DNA from: Eledone cirrhosa
Lineage: Eukaryota
Length of the DNA stretch: 64,000 nt
Assembly (NCBI GenBank): GCA_964016885.1
Contig: OZ024742.1
Coordinates: 84,506,001-84,570,000, forward strand
Direction: 5' to 3'
The position numbers and the translations under genes were made by a program. This document shows, in pieces, positions 11,743 to 23,736 of this stretch. The notes under the pieces were generated by a model that had not been told where the DNA came from, searched no databases, and saw only the letters and a program-made list of their open reading frames with translations. The stretch's first letter is position 1; every line of letters starts with the position of its first letter.

Positions 11743-12311
11743 TTCACCGTTATTCGAACTGTTTATGTTCGATATTTAAACACTCTTATCGAGGATTGGC
11801 GAATGTATGTTTACATAGCCATCTGTGGATCCGCCATCCCACTTGGCCCTTGTGTGGCATTATCACCACGCTGTATACGGACACACATAAACAAACAAAC
11901 ACACGGGCAGAAAGGGCCCCAAAAATGAATAAGCATAAGTTTCATTGTAATGTAGTATTCGAATGTCCGACTTAGTTTTTGTTTTTTAAGTTTTACTTTT
12001 CCCCCCCTCTTCTCTGTCCGTCCGCCTGCTTCTCTCTTCATTCTTATTTTCTTTACGTTTTTGGGGTTTCTTTTTTTGTTTTTGTTTTTCTCTGTTTTTC
12101 TCGTTTTTTACTGTTGTTGCTGTGCTGCTTTTGTTGTTTGTTTTTTCTTTTTTCTTTTGAGTCTATCTATATATTTTGATGCCTTCCTCTTTGTTAGTAG
12201 TAGGAATTCTATAATGTGGAAGTGGTAGCCAGCAGAGACTAGCGGCGTTGGCGATACTGAGACAGTGGTGGCGGTGATGTCGATACCGAGGCAGCGGTGG
12301 CGGTGATGCGA

Positions 12312-12982
12312 CCGTATTACTGTAGTGATGGTGCTGTAGCGGTGGCAGCAGCAGTGAAGGAGTCAGGGGGTGGTGGCGGCGGTGATGGGACAGCGGTGGC
12401 AATGATGGCCGTAGTGAGCGGTGGCGGTGAAGGTGAAAATGCTGTTGTGTTTAGTGTACACAGATGATGGGGTGGGTGGTGTATCTAGTTTCTGGTGTTG
12501 GTGAGTTTCGCTGTCCTATATAGTGTAGCCAGAGGAGAGGAGGGGGGGGGGGTTCTTCTTCTTCCATTTATAGCCATTTTATTTTATTTATTTATTTTTT
12601 TTTTTTTTTTGGATATACAGTGTACAATACAAAGTTGAATATTTGAATATTTGAGCCGTATTACTGTAGTGATGGTGCTGTAGCGGTGGCAGCAGCAGTG
12701 AAGGAGTCAGGGGGTGGTGGCGGCGGTGATGGGACAGCGGTGGCAATGATGGCCGTAGTGAGCGGTGGCGGTGAAGGTGAAAATGCTGTTGTGTTTAGTG
12801 TACACAGATGATGGGGTGGGCGGTGTATCTAGTTTCTGGTGTTGGTGAGTTTAGCTGTCCTATATAGTGTAGCCAGAGGAGAGGAGGGGGGGGGGGGTTC
12901 TTCTTCTTCCATTTATAGCCATTTTTTTTTTTTTTGGATATACAGTGTACAATACAAAGTTGAACATTTGAATATTTGAGCC
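12312..12982. repeat. Tandem direct duplication (~340 bp x2) in the Dong A 5' leader
   Basis: Units 12312-12655 and 12656-12982 both start ccgtattactgtagtgatgg and end gaatatttgag; they differ mainly in G and T homopolymers. Confidence 0.95.
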
Positions 12983-13147
12983 TTATAACAATATATTTTG
13001 GGTCCGAATTTTTTGGGGCTCAAGCCGGGTGCTTTACGTAGCATTTGTACTAAGAGTTGTTATTTCACAAATGATTTAAATATGTTAAAAATTCAAAACT
13101 TACGGGAGCGATTTCATGACCTCCGTCACCTCGTGCGTCTTCTTCCC

Positions 13148-13193
<46 letters not shown>

Positions 13194-13201
13194 GTTGTTA
13201 T

Positions 13202-14217
13202 TCCTTGAATCTCAGTCATTGATGTTGGTTAACTGGAAAGTCCGTTGGAATGAATATCAAGCCACTACCTGCAGCGTCAGATATTCAGGATGTATCGGAG
13301 GGTTCTTGCTGTTCCAAGCAAGCATGCCTTTTGAAGCGTTCCAAAAAGCGTGACGGGGCCGATTTTCTTTAACCATCCCTGGAAACTTTTGGAGATAGTC
13401 CCCAGTGCGACTATGACAATCGGGATCACTTTGACTTCATGGCAGTTCCAAATCCTTTTCACCTCCCACTTTAGGTCCTGGTATCGGTTAATTTTCTCCC
13501 TCTCCTTCTCTTGCACTCTCGTGTCGAAAGGGCAGGCCACATCCACAATCAGACACGATCTTTTTTCTTTGTCCACAACCACCAGGTCAGGTCTATTGTG
13601 CTCCAGTTTTTTGTCCGTCTGTATCCTAAAATCCCACAGCACCTTCACCTGATTGTTCTCCATCACCGCCTCTGGCCTATGCTCATACCATTTCTCAGAG
13701 TGTGGTAAATTGTTTACTTTGCACAGGTGCCAGTGGATCACCCTGCCCATCACATCGTGTCTCCAGCCCTTATAGTGGGTCTGGGCTAGGTGTTTACACT
13801 CGGAAACAATGTGAGCCACTGTCTCCTCTCTCTCTCCACAGATCCTGCATAGTGGGCTAGCCTGCTCCTTGTAAATATGGTGCTTCAACCACTTCGTTTT
13901 GAGGGCCTGCTCCTGCGCAGCCATTAGCATTCCTTCTGTAGCCTTTTTGAGGTCTCCTCTTCTCAACCAGTTCCATGTCTGTGGATCTCTAAATTCAGTT
14001 TTCTCAAAGAAGGTACTATGAAGGGATTTTCCCTTAAGGCTGCTCTTCCTCCTTGATGTTATTTCCTCCTTGGACATCCCCTGGCCTATTGTCCCCTCCT
14101 TCAGTACAGTTCTGAGCATTGGCCCCTTACTATAGGTCACGTATTTGTATAGGTTGTTTTTCTCCATCTGAACACAGTCCTCTATGCTGATAAGACCTCT
14201 TCCACCCTCAGATCTCC

Positions 14218-14219
<2 letters not shown>
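13202..14219 (-). mobile_element. 5'-truncated Dong family A copy (~1.0 kb)
   Basis: ORF 13277-14167 matches the last 296 aa of the intact ORF. Confidence 0.96.
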
Positions 14220-14268
<49 letters not shown>

Positions 14269-17200
14269 GGCAACCTACGTAGTAAATCGTATCATCGTGA
14301 GCTCCGCAAAGGTTTGTTATTTTCAGTTATTTAAATTTGCCATTTATGGAAAATGTTTATTGTTAACTATATATAAGTGCACATACATTGATTTCTGAAA
14401 AGGACACTCAAAAATATTGGGGCCTTGAGCCCAAAATTTAAACTTTTTATATTTATCAAACAAAAATTTTTTTCTTTGAAAAATAATGGATGACTCAGAT
14501 TCACTCCTTCCTCGCAATCCAACACCTCACACCGACACCACCATTTTAAACATTGCTACGTTTGCCAACACTGGAATTGTAAGCAGTAGCAATATTTAAA
14601 ATTTGTCTCAGGCAGACGTTCATTTACCGCCATTACCAATGACTGCAGGTGTTAAAGCCGCCACCACCACCACCACCACCGCGACAACCGCCATACAGCG
14701 ACAATAGAAATAAAAAAAAAAAATTAACTCATGATATCGAAATGAATTCAACCAAAATGAACTATTCCACACCGAACACCACTGACGCCACCACCACCAC
14801 CACCACCACAACTGAAACTAAAATTAACAATAGCAAAAATAACGATAATAACAACAGCAACAATGAAATTAAGAAAACTACCCTGAGTTTTGCCAGAGTA
14901 GCAAAAACGTGCGAAGCGATTCAGGTAACTCAGGAAGAATTAGACGAAGCCAAAGGAATGGTAAAGAAAGATGGGTACGGGGTCAGCCTCACCCCCCACA
15001 CCTAATAAAATGGAGCAACGTCGCCTATGCACGGTGTCTTATCGGACAATAAACATAAAATCGCGCCGAGTGGAACGGGCATCTGAGTCCCAAATCCCCA
15101 AAACTTTGGGACATGTGTGGGCAAAGAAACCCACATCAGACGTGGGCAGAAGTATGGAACCGTGGACGTGTTCTTTGAAACACCACAGGAGGCCAGAGAA
15201 CACTCCATGGCCCAATTAAGAAGTGACGACTTCACACTCATCCCAAGCTATTGTGGCCAGAGACTTGTGAAGATCAGGGTGACCCACGTTCCACCGGCCA
15301 TCGAAATTCCCAGGCTAATGGCTGCCGTTGTCGCCGACATCGAGGCCAACACCAAAATAATAGAAATAGCAAAAGAGAAGTAGAACTGGTCCGGATCTGG
15401 GATGGAGCTCCTGATCCAAGCGGACCATAAAAGCATTGAAGAGATCCCAGAGGTAATAGACCTCAGTGACGGCAGCCACCTCACCGTAATCGTCGAGGGC
15501 AGAAGACCTAGGTGTGTCGTTTGTGGTGAAGGAACCCACCTAAGGGCTTTCTGCCCTCAGGCTAAAAGGTTGAGGCTACCTCTCTTACCCACCCCAGTGA
15601 CTCAACCATCAATACCACCAGCAGCAGAAATAGTAGCAACAACTGTAGCAGCAACAACAGAAGCAACTGTAACAGCAACAACCCCAGCAACAGTAGCAAA
15701 ACCAACACCACCACCACCCAACGCCCCATAACTAGCACCAGTGCCTACACCATCCACCAGGCCACAACAAAAACCAACGCCTCTGGAGGATTTTCCACTC
15801 CCCGGCTTATCGCAACTGGAGACAGATTGTGACGACTAGGAGTGGGAAACGGTATCAGGGAAAAAGAAAAAAAAGAGAAACCAAAAAAGAAAAAATCTCT
15901 TCCTTCCCCCTCAAAAAACAAAATACAGAAGGAAACAAATAAATTGTCGAACAAGAAAGTTAAGACAGATATGCCACCATCCACACCAGCATCATCAACC
16001 CCATCACCACAAACTACAACACCATCACCATCATTAACCCCAACACCATCTTCACCAACACCACAACAGTCACCAAAAAGCGTAACAGAAACAAACCCAC
16101 AACAAACGCAAACAAAACAAAAACAACCAAAACGATACACACTACACAGCATTAAATTTGAACAACAAGCAATTATTACACTACATGCAACACAACACCA
16201 GCATCACAGAAAAAGACTACACAACAAGCCAAAAGTTCACACCACCTCCACACATACAAATCACTCGCATCACACAGAAAACGTACACGACACTAAAACA
16301 AAAATTCCCCAAAGACATCGGAGACTTCCGACAAACACTCTCCAGGAGGATTTATAAGGACATCCTTCCGGAGGAGGCCACAAGCAGTGAAAAGGATGGA
16401 CAAACCATCCTTCCTCTACGAGAAGTAAGGTAAGTGGTCTTTCCCATCTTTTCCACTCCGTTCAACATAACCTCACTCAGAATAGGCAGCATAAATGCTC
16501 GTGGCTTGGGGTCGTCATGGCAGCAGGGCCATCTGCTCAACGACCTCAGGTCACTAAACATAGATGTAGTGGCCATCAGCGAGACCAGAATCTCCGAAGC
16601 ATGGGCCTTCGCACCGATCTTCGGCGGCTACGATATGTACGCATCTCCCAGCCGTCCTGGATCGGGGGGAGGAGTTGCTGTGCTTTTTCGGAGAGGTTTG
16701 GATCTTGCCACACGGGCCATCTTCCTGGACCCAGTGGGTAAGTTGGTGGTGCTGGACGTGACCAGCGGAGACGAGCAAGCTTTCAGGCTAGTGGCCGTCC
16801 ATGCCCCGACAGGAGCAGGGCGGCCTGATTTCTTCCGGCGTCTGAAGACCTTTCGTGGAACGTCCCGCTCTTTAGTGTTAGTGGGAGACTGGAACGGGAT
16901 CTTAGATGCGCACTGGGACTGTGTGGGATTAGGGAATAGGGGTGGAGGGTGCAAGAGCCTCGCCAACATGCTCAGGCATTTTGAACTGTCTGACAGGTAC
17001 CGATTGAATTTCCCGAATGTGCCAATGTGGACTTGGACAAATCGCATAGGGTCATCCAGATCATATCTAGATAGAGTATTTTGTAGGGAAATAGATAGGT
17101 CTAACATAGGCTGTCCACAATTCAAGATAGTCAGCTACACGGATCACAAATTCGTGATCTGTGTACTTGACTTCGATAGGCTTCATAGACGAGGACCCGG

Positions 17201-17757
17201 CTACTGAAAGCTAAACGCGTCCTTACCAGCGCGCAAGGCCTACAGAGACCGGATTAGCGAACTAGTTAAGCGGACGTTGACGGGGGCCATCGTCAACGAC
17301 AAGTGGTGGTTTGCTCTGAAAAGAGCAATTAGAATAGAATCCATTAGGTTTAGCAAGGCTTTAGCAATAGAGAAAAATAGAGCAGAGGGAGAACTAGTTA
17401 GAAAATTAGACGAGGCACTTAGCAAAGGCATCGCGACCGACGTGCTTGCGGCGAAATTGGCCCTTGACCAATTCTTCAATGCAAAGCACGAAGGCTGCGT
17501 TGTCAGAGCTAGGGTGCGTTCAATGGGCCCGAGTGGCGGAGGCGCGTTGTGGCAACAAAGCCACGATCCGGTCTTTGGTGGACCACGACGAGCGCATGCT
17601 ACTCGATCCCGGGCAAATGTGTGAAGCTTTTTTGTTCTATTATTACATCCTCTGTTTCTTTTTTTTACACGCAGAAATGCCCATTTCTACCGTCCTGTAT
17701 TGTCCTGCACTGTCCTTAATGTCTACTTTATGTAAACCCTTGTTGTTAATAAAGAAA

Positions 17758-17759
<2 letters not shown>
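14269..17759 (+). mobile_element. Tx1/L1-clade LINE, internally deleted copy retaining both ends
   Basis: Same 5' end and 3' UTR as the copy at 17817-23701. ORF1 has stops, the APE domain spans 16434-17207, and ~2.35 kb including the RT is missing at ~17630. Confidence 0.93.
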
Positions 17760-17816
<57 letters not shown>

Positions 17817-18025
17817 GGCGACCTACGTAGGAAATCGTATTATCGTGAGCTCCGCAAAGGTTTGTTATTTCCGTTTGTTTAAAAATTGCCATTTATGGAA
17901 AATTTTATTGTAAACTGTTTATAAGCACACATACATTGTTTTCCGAAAAGGACACCCAAAAAGATTGGGGCCTTGTGCCCAAAATTTTAACTTTTATTAT
18001 TATCCAAAAATTTCTTTGAAAAAAA

Positions 18026-20003
18026 ATGGCTAATTCCCCTCTGCACGAAGCAGCTGAAAGCCTTCCTCACAAAATAACACCTCACACCGACACCACCATT
18101 GTAAATGTTACTACGTTTGCCAACACAAAAAAAAATATAAGCAGTAGCAATATTTTAAATTTGTCTCAGGCAGACATTCATTTCCCGCCATTACCAATGA
18201 CTGCAGGTGTTAAAGCCTCCACCACCACCACCACCGCGACAACCACCACCACCACCGCGACAACAGAAACAAAAGAAGAAAAAAATAAATTAACTCGTGA
18301 CGTCGAAATGAAATCAAGCAAAATGGACTCTTCCCCACCAAAGACGACTGACGTCAGCACCACCACAACTGAAAATAAAATTAATATTAACGATAGCAAC
18401 AACAACAACAATGACATTATAAAACCGACCCTCAGTTTCGCCATCGTAGCAAAACAATTCGAAGCGTTCACGGTAACTCAAGAAGATTTAGAAAATGCCA
18501 AACAAATGGTAAAGAAAGATGGGTACAGGGTCAGCCTCAACCCCCACCTAATAAAATGGAGCATCGGCGCCTGTGCACCGTGTCGTATAGAACAATAAAT
18601 GTAAAATCGCGCCGAGTGGAACGGGCATCCGAGTCCCAAATCCAAAAAGCTTTGGGACATGTGTGGGCAAGAAAAACCCACATCAGACGTGGGCAAAAGT
18701 ATGGAACCGTGGATGTGTTCTTTGAAACACCAGAGGAGGCTAGAGAACACTCCATGGCCCCATTAAAAAGTGACGACTTCACACTCGTCCCAAGCTATTG
18801 TGGCCAGAGACTCGTAAAGATCAGGGTGACCCATGTTCCACCGGCCATCGAAATTCCCTGGCTAATAGCGGCTGTCATCGCCGGCATCGAGGCCAACACG
18901 AAAATAATAACAATAGCAAAAGAAAAGCAGGAAAACTTGTCCGGATCTGGGATGGAGCTCCTGATCCAAGCGGACCAAAAAAGCATTGAGGAGATCCCGG
19001 AGGTAATAGACCTCACTGACGGCAGCCACCTCACGGTAATTGTCGAGGGCAGAAGACCTAGGTTTGTCGTTTGTGGTGAAGGAACCCACCTAAGGGCTTT
19101 CTGCCCTCAGGCTAAAAGGTTGAGGCCACCTCTCCTACCCACCCAGTGACACAACCATCAACACCACCAGTAGCAGAGATGGCAGCAACAACTGTAGCAG
19201 CAACAACAGAAGCAACTATAACAGCAACAACCCCAGCAACAGTAGCAAAACCAACACCACTACCACCACCAGCAAAACCAACACCACCACCACCCAACGC
19301 TTCAGAACTAGCACCAGCGCCTACACCATCCACCACACCACAACCAAAACTAACGGCTGTGGAGGATTTTCCACTACCCGGCCTATCACAACTGGAGACA
19401 GATTGTGACGACGAGGAGTGGGAAACGATATCCGGAAAAAAAAAAAGAAACCAAAAAAGAAAAAATTCTCTTCCTTCCCCCTCCAAAAACAAAATACAGA
19501 GGGAAACAAATAAACTAAGAAACAAAAAAGTTAGGACAGATATGCCACCATCCACACCAGCATCACCAACCCCATCAACCCAAACACCAACACCATCACC
19601 ATCATTATCCCCAGCACCACCATCACCTACACCACAAAAGTCACCAAAATGCGAAACAGAAAGAAACCCACAACAAACGCAAACAAAACAAAACAACCAA
19701 AACGATACACACTACACAGCATTAAATTTGAACAACAAGCAATTATTACACTACATCCAACACAACACCAGCATCACAGAAAAAGACTACACAACAACCC
19801 CAAAATTCACACCACCTCCACACATACAAATCACTCGCATCACACAGAAAACGTACATGACACTAAAACAAAAATTCCCCAAAGACATCGGAGACCTCCG
19901 ACAAGCACTCTCCAGGAGGATTTATAAGGACATCCTTCCTGAGGAGGCCACAAGCAGTGAAAAGGATGGAAAAGCCGTCCTTCCCCTACGAGAAGTAAGG
20001 TAA
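18026..20003 (+). pseudogene. Tx1 ORF1 (gag-like: RRM-like region, CCHC-type knuckle, Pro/Thr-rich linker), split by two 1-nt C-run frameshifts
   Basis: ORFs 18026-18598, 18556-19149 and 19146-20003. Knuckle (C/F)VVCGEGTHLRAFCP is CVVC in copy 1. Confidence 0.85.
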
Positions 20004-20037
20004 GTGGTCTTTCCCATCTTTTCCACTCCTTTTCAAC

Positions 20038-23000
20038 ATGACCTCACTCAGAATAGGCAGCATAAATGCGCGTGGCTTGGGGTCGTCATGGAAGCAGGGC
20101 CACCTGCTCAACGACCTCAGGTCACTAAACATAGATGTAGTGGCCATCAGCGAGACCAGAATCTCCGAAGCACAGGCTTTCGCACCGATCTTCGGCGGTT
20201 ACGTTGTGTACGCATCTCCCAGCCGTCCGGGATCGGGGGGACGAGTTGCTGTGCTTTTTCGGAGAGGTTTGGATCTTGCCATACGGGCCATCTTCCTGGA
20301 CCCAGAAGGTAAGTTGGTGGTGCTGGACGGGACCAGCGGAGACGGGCAAGCTTTCAGGCTAGTGGCCGTCTATGCCCCGACAGGAGCAGGGCGGCCTGAT
20401 TTCTTCCGGCGTCTGGAGACCTTTCTTGGAACGTCACGCTCTTTAGTGTTAGTGGGCGACTGGAACGGGATCTTAGATGCACGCTGGGATTGTGTGGGAT
20501 TAGTGGATAGAGAAGGAGGGTGCAAGAGCCTCACCAACTTGCTCAGACGTTTTGAACTGTCTGACAGGTACCGAATGGATTTCCCGAATGTACCAATGTG
20601 GACTTGGACAAATCGCATAGGGTCATCCAGATCATATCTAGATAGAGTATTTTGTAGGGAAATAGATAGGTCTAGCATAGGCTGTCCACAATTCAAGATA
20701 GTCAGCTACACGGACCACAAATTCGTGATCTGTGTGCTTGACTTAGATAGGCTTCATAGACGAGGACCCGGCTACTGGAAGTTAAACGCATCCTTACCAG
20801 CGCGCAAGGCCTACAGAGACCGGATTAGCGAACTAGTTAAGCGGGCGTTGACGGGGGCCATCGTCAACAACAAGTGGTGGTTTGCTCTGAAAAGAGCAAT
20901 TAGAATAGAGTCCATTAGGTTTAGTAAGACTTTAGCAATAGAGAAAAATAGAGCAGAGGGAGAATTAGTTAGAAAATTAGATGAGGCGCTTAGCAAAGGC
21001 ATCGCGACCGACGTACTTGCGGCGAAATTGGCCCTTGACCAATTCTTCAATGCAAAGCACGAAGGCTGCGTTGTCAGAGCTAGGGTGCGTGCTCTCAGAC
21101 ACGAGGGGACAAAAGCCGTTCAATGGGCCCGAGTGGCGGAGGCGCGTCGTGGCAACAAAGCCACGATCCGGTTTTTGGTGGACCATGACAGGCGCATGCT
21201 ACTCGATCCCGGGCAAATGTGTGAAGCTTTTCAGCGATACTTCGCTCAACTGTTCGGGAGCAGTGGCGGGCCGGATCGAGGGATGGACTTTAGTGTCTAC
21301 CTCGACGGAATGCCGCGGCTTTCGGCCACTGAGGCGGAGTGTTGCGAAAAGCCGATAACAACCGCTGAAGTACGGGATGCAATGACTAGTTGCACAAGGG
21401 GTAAATCGCCTGGTTTGGATGGTCTGCCCTATGAACTTTACGTACAAATGCCAAACTTGTTCGGAGGCCTCTTGGCGGACGTCTACTGCAACTGGCAACA
21501 GAACGGGAGAATTCCCAGCTCTGTGAGCCGAGGAGCGGTGGCGCTGCTGAGAAAGGATCCGAACAAGGGGGATAACATAGATAATTTTAGGCCCATAACT
21601 CTGCTAAACACAGAGTTCAAGATTTTGGCCAAGGTGCTAGCAAAGAGGTTGGCGCTTGTCGTTGGTGGTCTGGTGGGAGAGGCACAGACATGCGCCATTC
21701 CCGACAGATCCATCCACGACAACCTCCACCTCATGCGATACATCGTAGAGAGGGTAGCTAGGGAACCTGGCACGGGTGGGTCTTTGATCAATTTAGATCA
21801 GTCGAAAGCCTTCGATAGGGTCGACCATCGTTACCTAACGGCAGTCCTGAGGGCGGCTGGCTTTGGGCCCGTCTTCAGAGGCTGGATCGCTGCCATGCAC
21901 AGCGACATCTGCTCTGTAGTGAGAGTGAACGGTCACATTTCGGAACCGTTCAACATCATGCGCTCGGTCCGCCAAGGATGTCCCCTCTCGTCCCTATTGT
22001 ACGTATTGACTCTCGAGCCATTACTGCACAAACTGGAGACGTTGAGGGGGGTCCCGCGCGAACTAGGATGCGGAAGATCCGTGTCAGCATATGCCGACGA
22101 TGTCACCGTAGTGGTGTCGAACGCCAAACACATCGAGGCGATCGGCACTACACTAAGAGAATACGAAGCGGTGACAGGAGCAATGATCAACCAGGAAAAG
22201 TCAGTGGGCCTGCAGCTCGGCACCTGGAGAGGCAGGTCCATGCCGTCCAACAGCGTCGTCGGGCGCTGGACGGACGGACCGGTTAAATTGCTAGGGGTCT
22301 GGTTCGGTCCAGACCTCCAGACGGACAAAAACTGGGACGAGGTGACGAGCAGGGTGGCCTCTCTCACCCAGAAATGGGCCGAGAGGAAGCTATCCCTGAA
22401 AGGTCGAGCGGAGGTGGCGAGTGCGTACATCGCATCCGTCATCTACTACCGCCTGACCGTCGTACCTTGTCCTAAGCCCCGCCTCACTGCGCTGGAGCGT
22501 TTGCTCTTTCGCTTCTTGTGGAAGGGACGTGCTCCGATGGTCAGGCGGTCCATCTGCTGTCAACACCCGCTACGTGGAGGGCTGGGCATGCCGTGGCTGA
22601 TGATGCGCAGACACGCGCTCAGGCTACGACATCTCCACCTCTTCCTCGACGGTGATCAGGTGTGGTCGCCGTTTGCAAGACACGTTTTTCCCCAGCTCGT
22701 CTCCTTGACGGAGCTGCAGTCCTGGGTCAAGCGAAGACCGAGAGGGAGCGCTTGGAGACTGGAATGTCTTCAGGCGCTCACAGCCCTCGACCAATCGGGC
22801 AATGTGATCGGTGGAAACTCCACCTTGGCGTTCTATAGGGGATTAGTGGAGGGGAAGAGCGACGACGTACTTGGAGAAACTCTAGGCGTCGACGAAAATC
22901 AACTAGCCAATCTCTTCGGAAGGACTTTCGGGCCGGGGCCTATGGACAACTTCCAGAAATCCCTGGCCTGGCAGTGCTACCGAGGAGCTTTGCCAGTTCG

Positions 23001-23457
23001 GGATAAACTCTACAGGCATGGAGGTGCCGTCAGCCGGGCATGTCCGAGATGCGCGCAGGGCGACGAAACCGTCCTGCACGCACTCGTCCAGTGTCCGAGC
23101 ATTGCTGACTTGTGGGTTTATTTCGAACACCTGCTGTCACGTGTAGGACGGATCCAGCTATCAGCTGAGTCCATCGTGAGGATTTCCCCGCCCCCTTCCT
23201 TTAGCCTGGAAGGGCAGGCAGTTTTTATCTGTCTGGTGGCCATGGCGAAAGAGATAGTATGGTGGACACGTTTGAAAGGGCTGAAGACGAGCACTTACCT
23301 CTTCGGTGATGCCCTGATTAACTTTTTCAAATTTCATTTGAAAAGGAAAATCAGGGTAGAGAGGGAAGTGCTCTCTTCCCAGCATTTTGTTGAAAGATGG
23401 GTGAGAGAAGCAAGTATGGCCCGAATGAATGGGCCTTCTCTGAGTATGTGTCTGTAA
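20038..23457 (+). CDS. Tx1-type ORF2: APE endonuclease + reverse transcriptase + C-terminal CCHC (1139 aa)
   Basis: GSINARG, SET, VYAP, GDWN, YLDRVF, TDH (APE); KSPGLDG, FRPITLLN, LDQSKAFDRV, VRQGCPLS, YADD (RT); CPRC..ETVLHALVQC. Confidence 0.97.
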   Translation: MTSLRIGSINARGLGSSWKQGHLLNDLRSLNIDVVAISETRISEAQAFAPIFGGYVVYASPSRPGSGGRVAVLFRRGLDLAIRAIFLDPEGKLVVLDGTSGDGQAFRLVAVYAPTGAGRPDFFRRLETFLGTSRSLVLVGDWNGILDARWDCVGLVDREGGCKSLTNLLRRFELSDRYRMDFPNVPMWTWTNRIGSSRSYLDRVFCREIDRSSIGCPQFKIVSYTDHKFVICVLDLDRLHRRGPGYWKLNASLPARKAYRDRISELVKRALTGAIVNNKWWFALKRAIRIESIRFSKTLAIEKNRAEGELVRKLDEALSKGIATDVLAAKLALDQFFNAKHEGCVVRARVRALRHEGTKAVQWARVAEARRGNKATIRFLVDHDRRMLLDPGQMCEAFQRYFAQLFGSSGGPDRGMDFSVYLDGMPRLSATEAECCEKPITTAEVRDAMTSCTRGKSPGLDGLPYELYVQMPNLFGGLLADVYCNWQQNGRIPSSVSRGAVALLRKDPNKGDNIDNFRPITLLNTEFKILAKVLAKRLALVVGGLVGEAQTCAIPDRSIHDNLHLMRYIVERVAREPGTGGSLINLDQSKAFDRVDHRYLTAVLRAAGFGPVFRGWIAAMHSDICSVVRVNGHISEPFNIMRSVRQGCPLSSLLYVLTLEPLLHKLETLRGVPRELGCGRSVSAYADDVTVVVSNAKHIEAIGTTLREYEAVTGAMINQEKSVGLQLGTWRGRSMPSNSVVGRWTDGPVKLLGVWFGPDLQTDKNWDEVTSRVASLTQKWAERKLSLKGRAEVASAYIASVIYYRLTVVPCPKPRLTALERLLFRFLWKGRAPMVRRSICCQHPLRGGLGMPWLMMRRHALRLRHLHLFLDGDQVWSPFARHVFPQLVSLTELQSWVKRRPRGSAWRLECLQALTALDQSGNVIGGNSTLAFYRGLVEGKSDDVLGETLGVDENQLANLFGRTFGPGPMDNFQKSLAWQCYRGALPVRDKLYRHGGAVSRACPRCAQGDETVLHALVQCPSIADLWVYFEHLLSRVGRIQLSAESIVRISPPPSFSLEGQAVFICLVAMAKEIVWWTRLKGLKTSTYLFGDALINFFKFHLKRKIRVEREVLSSQHFVERWVREASMARMNGPSLSMCL

Positions 23458-23700
23458 ATTAAAGGTGGAAAACTGGGAGAGGGCACTTGCCCTGGTGGTC
23501 AGGGCCACTGTGGTCTTTTAATGGGCTTTCTCCACAAATGTCCCTTGGAAGTCTCCCCCCTATTGGGGAATTTTTCTTTGTTATTTTATTTCAACCTCTG
23601 TTTTTTTTACACGCAGAAATGCCCATTTGTACCGTCCTGTATTGTCCTGTACTGTCCTTAATGTCTACTTTATGTGAACCCTTGTGGTTAATAAAGAAAA

Positions 23701-23736
<36 letters not shown>

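Larger units (their letters stand above)
8275..13147 (-). mobile_element. Full-length Dong family A retrotransposon, potentially active
   Basis: Intact ORF, ~75-bp 3' UTR and ~1.4-kb 5' leader; (TAA)n at both ends. Confidence 0.95.
17817..23701 (+). mobile_element. Full-length Tx1/L1-clade LINE
   Basis: 5' UTR, ORF1, intact ORF2, 3' UTR with AATAAA, and a (TTA)n tail. Confidence 0.95.

Noticed and set aside
11775-12000. HDV-like ribozyme in the Dong leader, as in R2
   Set aside because: Could not assemble the nested double pseudoknot by eye.
236-14167. Many plus-strand ORFs of 60-170 aa over the Dong elements (also 59148-62437)
   Set aside because: Antisense shadows of the retrotransposon ORF; they recur only because the element is repeated.
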